Shown: piece after piece, positions 1 to 9,300 of the stretch
How positions within the stretch are numbered: the stretch's first letter is position 1
How the letters are laid out: every line of letters starts with the position of its first letter
Virus record (IMG/VR): IMGVR_UViG_3300042562_002450
Location: 134,627-198,626 of that record
Reading direction: 5' to 3' (one strand)
DNA length: 64,000 nt
Origin: a virus
Notes under the pieces: generated by a model
What the model saw: only the letters and a program-made list of their open reading frames with translations
Databases searched by the model: none
What the model was told of the DNA's origin: nothing
Position numbers and translations under genes: made by a program

Positions 1-1175
1 TCATTAATTAAATTTCCGCCTACAGTTGTTGTTTCATTTTCGTAAAATTTCTTAAAAAGGCTAGATGGTGCTCTTTGTTTTCTTGGCTTACCATCAATCA
101 TCTCTATGAATTTAACTTCCTCAACATAAGGTGCATGGTTAAACCATGTTAGCTGAAGAGTACATCTAATAATTCCTGGGTGATCTTCTTCTGAGTATCC
201 ATTAATATTTTCAACAATTACAGCAATATTTGAGTTATCACTAGGATTATTAAAAAGTTCTTTTCTTATTTTTTCATTATCAATAATAGCAATTGGACTT
301 TTCTTTGACTGGATTATCATTCGACTTAGTTTGTCATAACCATGAAAGCTTGTATCAATAGGAAAGTTTACGATCATTCTTATTCGTTTTTTTCCAGACT
401 GTGCCATTACTGGAGTTTCTTCTCTCATTAACATTATTGAATTGGCATATTCATCCATGTCTATAGAAATTGATTCTGGCGGAATATCGAAAACAATATC
501 ATTGAATCTAAAATATCCCGAAGCAATTCGATTATTAATATCTATTGACTCACCATCATCTATGTCTCTAACTGGAGAGGCTTGAGCTAATGCTATGGCA
601 TCAGCTTCAGCTTGATTTGGATCTAAAACTAAGCCTTCCATTTGATTTGTTAACGCAGGTAGCCCTGTAGCTTTAGCTAGATTGTTAATTCTTTTCTTCC
701 AACCATTAGAGAATACCTTATTTTCGGGTCTTCTTTTGACTATCTCTTGATAATCATTCATCTCTTTTTCTAAGAACTCAATCTGTACTTTTTTTGATTC
801 ATCTGAGGAGAGTTGATTTATTTTCTCAACCATCTCAGGAGTTACAGTTCCATTCTTTGGTAATCCGAGAATCTGCTTAAGATGACCTACTGGCCTGCTT
901 CCTTTATTAAAAGTCTGGTCAAAAAGGGGAAGACTAACTTTAAGATTGTTAATCTCATCACCTCTTATCTTGTCCCATCTTTCCTTGTAAATAGCTCTTA
1001 CTTGACTATTGGATATTGACCTTAACTCTGCTTTTGTTGCTGGACGGTTTAAGTACTCGGAATAGCTACCAATCGTAATACCTTTGTTAGTGGCACCGCC
1101 ACTATCATTAGGGTTGTCACTCCAACCTCCCTCTTCCTTCAAAACATGTTTCATTGCTTTATCAAAATTAGTCAT
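1..1175 (-). CDS. Virion protein with N-terminal GH108 lysozyme domain (runs off the left edge of the window)
   Basis: Not in ORF track. Manual translation from ATG 1175: MTNFDKAMKHVLKEEGGWSDNPNDSGGATNKGIT... matches the GH108 EGGxxxxPxDxGGxTxxGIT motif; the frame stays open to position 1. Confidence 0.85.
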   Translation of the reverse strand, partial: MTNFDKAMKHVLKEEGGWSDNPNDSGGATNKGITIGSYSEYLNRPATKAELRSISNSQVRAIYKERWDKIRGDEINNLKVSLPLFDQTFNKGSRPVGHLKQILGLPKNGTVTPEMVEKINQLSSDESKKVQIEFLEKEMNDYQEIVKRRPENKVFSNGWKKRINNLAKATGLPALTNQMEGLVLDPNQAEADAIALAQASPVRDIDDGESIDINNRIASGYFRFNDIVFDIPPESISIDMDEYANSIMLMREETPVMAQSGKKRIRMIVNFPIDTSFHGYDKLSRMIIQSKKSPIAIIDNEKIRKELFNNPSDNSNIAVIVENINGYSEEDHPGIIRCTLQLTWFNHAPYVEEVKFIEMIDGKPRKQRAPSSLFKKFYENETTTVGGNLIN

Positions 1176-1478
1176 TACTTACCTGTTGCTTTTACTGGAA
1201 ATATCTTATTATAAAGTTGAGAAGATAGAACAGCAACCTTATTTATTCATTCTGAATTTTTTATTGACTTAGATTCTTTATAGAAAAAAAGAAAGGGTAT
1301 AGCTTGAAAGTGAACTCTAGTTATGTTTTCTAGCGAAAACAAAAGAAGAAAGAAAGAATCAAAGTGAAATACTTAAAAAGAGTTTATCATGGAATTCTCA
1401 GGATAGGAAGGTTAATACATTGGATTATTTTAAAGAAAATATGATATAGTTAATAGATAGAACTAGTTAAGGAGTAAA

Positions 1479-1961
1479 ATGTATTATCTTACTTTTATAT
1501 TTAAAGATCCAGATACACTTATAATTAAGTGTGTTGGTGTTAAATATAAGAAAACAGAGTTTGAAGACTCCGATATTGCTAAGTTGCTGAAACTAGGCAC
1601 TTCTAATATTGAGACTAAGTTTTGGCTTAAGGAACTAAGAAAAGAAAATAAGATACCAGTTCTTGAGATACTATATAAAGGTCTAAGTTCAGCTGAAGCT
1701 TGCTTTGCAAAACAACAAATACTAATACAATCTGTAGAAGAAAAGATTGACCTAATTGGTCAACAACCTTTAACTAAGAAGTATACAAAAAAGATGAGAA
1801 GCAATAATAGTATGCGCTCTGCTATTGTTGATCAGTTTGGAAATAACTACTCAGGCATACTAGAAGCAGCAGAAAGATTACTACTAGCTCCATCTAATAT
1901 TTCAAAAGTTTTACATGGTAAGCTTGAACATATTGGTGGATATATCTTTAGCTTTCTTTAA
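1479..1961 (+). CDS. Free-standing GIY-YIG-like homing endonuclease with C-terminal NUMOD1-type HTH, probably degenerate
   Basis: YYLTFIFKDP...KCVGV and WLKELRKENKIPVLEIL resemble the Y-x-L-x-DP...YVG GIY-YIG subfamily; C-terminus YSGILEAAERLLLAPSNISKVLHGKLEHIGGYIFSF is NUMOD1-like; it lies antisense to its neighbours. Confidence 0.6.
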   Translation: MYYLTFIFKDPDTLIIKCVGVKYKKTEFEDSDIAKLLKLGTSNIETKFWLKELRKENKIPVLEILYKGLSSAEACFAKQQILIQSVEEKIDLIGQQPLTKKYTKKMRSNNSMRSAIVDQFGNNYSGILEAAERLLLAPSNISKVLHGKLEHIGGYIFSFL

Positions 1962-4900
1962 TATCCTCTGCCTATCTTGTCTTGCATATCGTGATAATCA
2001 AAGTTTCTAGTGTCATCTTTTATTCTCATACTAGATGTATTGTGCTCAGCAGCGTACTTATTTATTTGGAAACCAGTTCTTGCATTCCCTGATATTGATG
2101 GCTTCATGTGTCTTGGACTTTTTATATTTGGAGCACCAGGAGGACTAAAACCGACTCCATTACTTTTGTTATGTCCAGATTGCATATCTCCAAACTCAAC
2201 ATCAGCTTCAATGCTTGATCTTGCCCCAAATACTGTTCCAAGCAATCCTAAGATTGCTGCTGGAGCAAGTGCGTACTTAGCTAAGTTTCCACCAAAGCCT
2301 TTACTCATTGCCTTCACATCATCAGTATTATCCATTATTGTTTTAACAAATTCTGATTGTTTTACCTTACTGCCTTCTAGTATTCTATTTAATTCCCTTG
2401 CTTGATCAGCTGCATTCATTCCACCTTTATATTCTCCAGCAAGGTTGCTTACTTCCATTAGGTCTGTTACTGCCTCATCTGAAGTAAGGTAAAGGAAATC
2501 TTTCTTACTGACACCACCTTCTCTGGAAAAGATAGCTTCAATTTCTTCTGAAGTCTCTCCTGCTCTGATCTTGTCTCCAAGATTTACGGTTGATTTCTCA
2601 TTAAGACTTAAAAAGAGTTCATCTGAAAAATCTCTAAAAGTTTTTATTTTCTCAGTTATATGCTTAGATCCAAACTCTCCATCTCCAGTTATGGAATCTA
2701 GAACTTTTTTTGCTCTTCCACTTATCAGATCTTCAGTTGATTGTGCTTTTCCTTTGATAATGTTTTCAGCAAAAAGATGCAAGGTATTCTCTACTCTAGC
2801 GAACTTTTTAATATCACCATTATTAAGCATGGCATTCATCTGGTGTAACGGACTGGCACTATTAGAAGCTATTCCAATAAAGCCTTTTTCTAAATCTTTA
2901 GCAAGAAAGGTTGAGAGTCTCATTTCCGCTAAGTCATTAGTAAGAACAGATGCTGCCTCTCGACCTTTTAGGGTATACCTTGTTTTGATTTCTTGAGCTT
3001 TCCTTAATTCAATTGAGTCTTCTGTATTTCCATATGCTCTTTCTTTAACTTCATTTGCTGCAGCTTCTGTCTTTGCAGCGATAAGAGACATCGTATCTCC
3101 ATCATAATCTCCATAAACCATTCTAAGGATATTGTTTTTTTTGCCTGAAGCAATAGCCATCCTTTCATCAGAAAGGGCTTCTAAGCCTTCTATCGAATCA
3201 GAAGGTACAACATTCACGGTAATTGCTGAAAGCCCCTCTACTGGCTCTCTAACAGCTACAGCCCATGTATCTGAGAATCTATTAGCACCTGTCTTCTTGT
3301 GAAAGGCATCGTAAGCATCTTCTCCATACATCTCTATGAATTTATTCTTATTAACAGCAACAACAAATGGTTGAGCGTTTTTAGTCTTAAACTTAGCAGC
3401 TAAACTATCAGCATATTCTTCAAGAGCATTTGAACCTGATGAAACTTGAGCATTCATACTGCTAGTTACTTTTCCCTTAAATATTTTGCTTCTTAAATCA
3501 TCACGCATCTGAGAGATTGCACTGTCATAGTTAGTAACCAATGTAGTTAATCTTTCTTTATTTCTTTCTAGTTTTGGTTTTCCCATTTCACTTATTATAT
3601 CTTTGGTTATCGTATCTAGTTCTGTATATTTTTTATACTTACCGCCATGTCCAATCTTTTCTCCAATATGACCTTTCATTGAAGGATCTGTGAAAATCCC
3701 TATCTTTCGATATCCTAAGATTTCATCTTCAAGGTCAACATAAGCAACACCATCAATAGCCTCATTACTAAGGTATGCTGCCCTTTGCTTAAGAACACTA
3801 TTAGATCCTAGCTTTTCTCCTTCAACATCTAAAGGAAAGACATTAGAATTAAAGTCTCCTCCTTGTAGTTTTTCTGGATTAATAATGCCAGCTTTAGTTG
3901 GATTAGTTATGTCTTTCATCATTCGATGTGATGCTTCAAAACTATTAAGTCTTGCATTGGCTCCTGGGTCTAATCTTCTTGACATGACATCTTCAGCAAA
4001 GGCATCAAGTCCCATAACGCTATAGAGTCCTATGTGTCTTTCAGAGAAGAATCCTAGACCACCAGCTCCTGTATCTATTGCAGCATTACCGAATGCAACA
4101 TCTTTATTTTTAAAAAAACCTACATTGGATCTTAGTCCACTAATTTCTTCAAATTCATCTTTACCACCAATGATAGTTTCTATTCTTTTAAAATAGTTCA
4201 TTTTTTCAGTATCATCTATTCTTTCAAAATTAGAAAGAAGGTCTTCCCCAGCTTCATATATTGCTGCCCATTTATTATTTTCAGCATCAGACATCTTAGA
4301 TGCCCCATAGGTTATTCTCTGTCTAGCCTCATGTCTAATGGAATGAAACATACTAGATAAATTACGTGGATCTAATCCGCTTTTCATTGCACTTGAGTTT
4401 GCTATTACTTCTACGTTTTTTATTCTTCTAATGACTTCAGGATCTAATGGCTTATTACCATTTAATTCTTGATAGTATCTCAATATATACTTCTCTAATC
4501 CATCGATACTTCTTTTAACTGTAGCTTTAACCTCACCTGCAATGTCATGAATCTTATCTCCTTGATCAAGCAATCTTTGCTTCCTAAAGCCATAAGTTAA
4601 TCCTTCATTCTCAGAGATGTGAATATCATCAAGATACAATCCTCTATGTTCTTTTTCTAGTTGAACTTTTCTTTGTCCATCTCTTGAGATTCCTAGTAAG
4701 TTTCTATTTCTAAACTGTTCTTCTCTGGTTATTATTTCTTTTTCTATTTTCTCAATTTCAGAAGATAATGATCCTTGCCCCTTAAGTCTTTCAGCATCAG
4801 CAAAATATATCTGCTCACCTACTGGACCTGAAATTACTCCAGCTGAATTTGAGTTAACTTTAAGATATGCTTGTCTTTTGTTTTTTGAATCCTCTATAGC

Positions 4901-6367
4901 TTTTTTTAAATATTCATGATAGTCATCAACATTAATTTTTGTTAGTTTTGCTCTAACCTCAGGGCTAAATGCTTGGAAGCCCCCACCTTGTTTTAGCTTT
5001 GCTGCAAAATCTTTTTCAGACAAGCCAGCGGCATCACTCATCCTCCCCATTAAAAAGCGGGAAAGATCTGTCTCTTTTCCTGCATGGATCTGGAGTGATC
5101 GAGTATTATCTACAAGAGTTCCAGCAAGCTGCCTATTTGTTAAAAGTTCTTCTTTTCCTAAGTGACCGAATGACTTACCTTCCTCAGCTAAGTATTCATT
5201 TATTCTTGTTATCCCTTTTTCATCCATAAAAAGAACTTCTTGATTATGATTAAAAGAGTGGTTACCTTTTGAGTCTATATGGGATGTATTAGTTCTTAAT
5301 CCTTGCTTGGAATTACTGGCTTCTTTTGCGAAAGGCTTTTGCTCTATAACATTGCCTTTTAGGTAAATGATACCTTTATTTACATCTGAAGCATTTCCTG
5401 CATTCCTTCCATCTAAGGCTTCATTTTTAAGTATTTGTTTTTTATCAAATTCACTCATTGGTTGAAATGGATTAGCCTTGGCACTATGTCTATGTAAAGC
5501 AATAGCTTCTGGATTCATTTTTGATGTATTCATAAACCCAGTAGCTTTGTCATTATATTGCATTAATTCCATAAACCTATTGTTATACTCGTCTAAGTTC
5601 ATTTCTCCACTTATGAATTTACTATAGTTTTCTCTTATTCCTCTGACATATGCGACATCAGCTCCTACTATTTCTCCAATACCAGTTCCTGTTGAGTTAC
5701 TATTAAATACTCCTCTAATCACAGACTGATTCTGACCAGCAGAACCCATTGTTACCATGCCTTCTTTGTTAACAGTATGAACTTTTATTTTCCCAGCTTT
5801 AGAAGGAATACCAATAGAGGTTATCTGACCAGTGCTATCAAAGTTAACTGATATCGCACTTGATCTTCCTCTCTTTCTTCCTGACGCTAACCCTTCTACT
5901 GAGTTGTCTGCTTGATCTATTGTAACTTGAAGAGCTTTTAGCTCATCCATTAGTGTTGCACTTTGGTTTCTATATCCACCATCTAAGAAATCAGCTATTC
6001 CACCGCCAGCTTTTGAGCCACCTGACATTATGATCTCATCATTAATATTATTTATTGCTGCAAAGTTTCTTCTTTTAGATACAGCTTTTTCAGTATCTGT
6101 ATATGTATATAAATCTGTATTCTTTAATAAAGAATCTATAGGCTTTTGATCCTCGACAGCTTGAGCTACATCTTTGTTCATTAGACTACTTAAGTTCTTA
6201 ATGAATTTATTATTTTCTTTTCTTAGCTTGCCCCTACCTGTCTTGAAGTGACCATGCTTGATAGACTTGTCTAAAGCTACAGCAGCACCACCAAATAAGG
6301 CGGCTCTTCCTGCAATTGAAAAAAAATCATAATTAACATCAAATCTATCTTCTGTCGTTGTGATCAT
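1958..6367 (-). CDS. Putative virion-packaged single-chain two-barrel RNA polymerase
   Basis: GDKIHDIAGEVKATV (beta-type two-Lys motif), IANSSAMKSG, VAVREPV and catalytic-type GDYDGD (3095-3112), then KGFIGIASN. Start at ATG 6367 overlaps the TGA of the upstream gene (ATGA). Confidence 0.75.
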   Translation of the reverse strand: MITTTEDRFDVNYDFFSIAGRAALFGGAAVALDKSIKHGHFKTGRGKLRKENNKFIKNLSSLMNKDVAQAVEDQKPIDSLLKNTDLYTYTDTEKAVSKRRNFAAINNINDEIIMSGGSKAGGGIADFLDGGYRNQSATLMDELKALQVTIDQADNSVEGLASGRKRGRSSAISVNFDSTGQITSIGIPSKAGKIKVHTVNKEGMVTMGSAGQNQSVIRGVFNSNSTGTGIGEIVGADVAYVRGIRENYSKFISGEMNLDEYNNRFMELMQYNDKATGFMNTSKMNPEAIALHRHSAKANPFQPMSEFDKKQILKNEALDGRNAGNASDVNKGIIYLKGNVIEQKPFAKEASNSKQGLRTNTSHIDSKGNHSFNHNQEVLFMDEKGITRINEYLAEEGKSFGHLGKEELLTNRQLAGTLVDNTRSLQIHAGKETDLSRFLMGRMSDAAGLSEKDFAAKLKQGGGFQAFSPEVRAKLTKINVDDYHEYLKKAIEDSKNKRQAYLKVNSNSAGVISGPVGEQIYFADAERLKGQGSLSSEIEKIEKEIITREEQFRNRNLLGISRDGQRKVQLEKEHRGLYLDDIHISENEGLTYGFRKQRLLDQGDKIHDIAGEVKATVKRSIDGLEKYILRYYQELNGNKPLDPEVIRRIKNVEVIANSSAMKSGLDPRNLSSMFHSIRHEARQRITYGASKMSDAENNKWAAIYEAGEDLLSNFERIDDTEKMNYFKRIETIIGGKDEFEEISGLRSNVGFFKNKDVAFGNAAIDTGAGGLGFFSERHIGLYSVMGLDAFAEDVMSRRLDPGANARLNSFEASHRMMKDITNPTKAGIINPEKLQGGDFNSNVFPLDVEGEKLGSNSVLKQRAAYLSNEAIDGVAYVDLEDEILGYRKIGIFTDPSMKGHIGEKIGHGGKYKKYTELDTITKDIISEMGKPKLERNKERLTTLVTNYDSAISQMRDDLRSKIFKGKVTSSMNAQVSSGSNALEEYADSLAAKFKTKNAQPFVVAVNKNKFIEMYGEDAYDAFHKKTGANRFSDTWAVAVREPVEGLSAITVNVVPSDSIEGLEALSDERMAIASGKKNNILRMVYGDYDGDTMSLIAAKTEAAANEVKERAYGNTEDSIELRKAQEIKTRYTLKGREAASVLTNDLAEMRLSTFLAKDLEKGFIGIASNSASPLHQMNAMLNNGDIKKFARVENTLHLFAENIIKGKAQSTEDLISGRAKKVLDSITGDGEFGSKHITEKIKTFRDFSDELFLSLNEKSTVNLGDKIRAGETSEEIEAIFSREGGVSKKDFLYLTSDEAVTDLMEVSNLAGEYKGGMNAADQARELNRILEGSKVKQSEFVKTIMDNTDDVKAMSKGFGGNLAKYALAPAAILGLLGTVFGARSSIEADVEFGDMQSGHNKSNGVGFSPPGAPNIKSPRHMKPSISGNARTGFQINKYAAEHNTSSMRIKDDTRNFDYHDMQDKIGRGY

Positions 6368-9300
6368 ACAACATAACCCCATTCTCTTAAGGCATCATTT
6401 CGTTCACTTCTTCTATCTAAAGTTATATCTAGATCAGGACTATTATCTAACCCTGGACGCATTACCACAAGGGCATTTTCAACACCACTAGCACTAAGGC
6501 TAGAATAGTGCGAAGCGTAGTCTGAGCTGGAAGAAGCAGGAATATTAACAGTAGCTGCTGCAACTTGAGATAGATCTCCTTCTCTTGCTGATCTTCTTCC
6601 TGTATATGCATGAGTATCTCTTGCCGCATTTTCTAAGTATCTATTCTGAGCACTATCTACACTTACAGCAGGACTCCATCCAACCCAGTCATTTCCAGGC
6701 ATTCTTGATTGATAGTCTTGCAACTCAGCTGAACGTCTTGCTTGAATTGCTCTCTGTCTTGCTTCTACATCTTTCATTACTTTCTTTCTTTGCTGATTAG
6801 ACATTGACTGGCTTTTCATTGCTTCTTGTCTTATTTGATTATCCATTTGTGCTTGGTAAGCATCACGATGTCTTGGATTAACTCTCCCAATCATTTTTAC
6901 TTGTGTGGCTCTATCAGTCTTAATAAAATACTTATATGAAGCTCTTTCATTTTTTGGTAATGATCTCACAACATCAGACGGATGTGAATATAAATCCTTA
7001 CCTGTATATGTCTTCTGTGCCATTATTGTATATCTATCTGCAGACTTAAGATCGCCTTTTGATTGTGCATCTCTTGCTAAGTTTGTGAATTTCATATAAT
7101 CAGTTTTATCAAAGTAATCTGCAATTTCTGCTTGATCACTGCTCATGTCAATTCCACCAAGCCCCATGCTATTAAGGGTCATACTAACAGTTGGCATTAT
7201 AAAATCGTCAATAGGATTCGCCCAGTTTCTGTAATCCTTGGAGTATCTTTGCTCTTCCAAGACATCTTCAATATCTGGTGGTGCTAAGAATTTATGTGCA
7301 GGAGAAACTGGTAATAATGTTTCTAGTGGATTTGATCTTGCAAGGTCAGTTAAGACTGCAGAGTATCTACCTAAAAAACTATCATAGGTACTTGGGTCTC
7401 TAGCATTAAGTTCAGACTTTTTCTTTTCATCAACTTGTCTTTGTACATCATCAAAGATATCTTGTTCATACTGAGTTAGTTCTCTGTTCTGTAATTTACC
7501 TTTAATGTTTCGATGTTCCATAGAGCCATAAGCGACATCAGATAAAATCTTATATTTAAAGATATCAGGATAATCATTTGGATCCATCCCTTTTAGTTCT
7601 TCATATTTTTGAGCGAAGCCCTCACCAGGCAATCTTGAATAGCCATCTTTAACTTTAAGAAATGGATCACCATGTTGAAAATCTTGATAAAAATCAGAAC
7701 CAGGCATCCAGCTAGGCATCATATTCTTTAATGGATTAAGATTAATCGTAGCATCCATCTGAGCTTTCTGGAAACCATCTTGATTCTGGAATACCCTTCG
7801 TAATGCTTCTGTTGTTAAGATACCACCACCTAACTGGAGATCATAAAAGTCTCTAGTTATTGAATCAATATCTTTTGCTGATCTTACTTCATTTGGATCT
7901 GAAAATATCTCACTAGAACCTGTTATGGTTTCCTTTATTGCTTTAACTGCAAAGCCTCTTAGTCCCATAAATTCAAGAGCAGAGTTCCATTGCTTTCTAG
8001 CAAGCGCATCAATATCATATTCTGTGTTATCTAAAAATCCTTCTGGAAGTTCAGACTCGTGCATAGTAGCAACTGGCTTTATAATCCTTCCAAGAGATGC
8101 CTCATAGGCAGGACCAAAGATACCAAGCATACTTCCATCTGGACCAGTTAATGGATATGGTTGATCAAAGTATCTATTCTTTTCCAACCAAAATGGATCA
8201 TATATGGATCTTCCTAGCTTTGTGAATGGTGAAATATTCCCACCATAAAGCTCTTCATTTTTAGAATCATCTATTAATTTGGCGTACCAATTAGGTCTGT
8301 AGTAATCAACCTCAGATCCTTCCCATGGCGTAAAGGATGATTCCCAGAATCTACCTTTCTTAACTGCTACTTCTTTTTCTCCACTATATTCTAAACCTAA
8401 TTCAGAAGCAGATTTATCTGCTCCAAATCCGGCTAAAGTAAAAGGTAGGGCAAGTGCAAAGCCAATAGCTCCACCAGTCCTTATAGCTTTACCTGTTTTG
8501 GTTACATTCTTTTTAAATATTTTACCTAAGATCCCATCGAATGATTCTGTCTTCTCTGCATTCTTTAGGAATTGGCCATACTTGTCTGTTGCAGAAGACT
8601 CTAATGCTAGTCCTTGTACGGAACCCCAAAGCCCTCCAGCCATACCTCCAGCAAGAGTTAATCCTATAGTTGACTGCCAGCCTTCTGATCCTGGTGCTTT
8701 GGATTCTATATAATCTCTGAAACCAGTTAGTCCAGTTATGTCTGAAAGTCTTGCATATGTCTCATGTGCTTTCCGTACACTATAAGCAGCTCCACCAAGT
8801 AGTCCAGCATCTCCAATTGGAGTTCCATCGGGAGCTATCTTTTCTGCACCCCAATTTAAAGTTCCTAGTCCAAAGTAAGCTAAAGCTCCAACTCCTGCAA
8901 GCTTCCCTCCATGAGACTTAAGCATACCTTGCCAGTTAGTCGCAAGCTCATTTCCATCTAGTCCAGTATTAAAAAATTTAGCGATAAATCCATCAGGACC
9001 CAATGTCTTTTTCATCCATGGAGTAAAATAATCATCTAACTCTGGTATAACGTCCGTCAATGCTTCAAAGGGATCACTCATTAACTTCATTGGCTTACTT
9101 ACAGTTTCATGAATAAAAGCACTAGCAAAATGATCAACACCATTAGTAATAAGGAAATCAAACTTAGACATCTGCTGAACATTCTTCAATCCAAGTTGGG
9201 AGAGATGCGACCTTGCAATTGAAGCCATGCTCTTTGATTGATTATTATCTGTTACAGTTTTCATTAAAGAGAATGATCCTTTCATCTCTTCGACTACATT

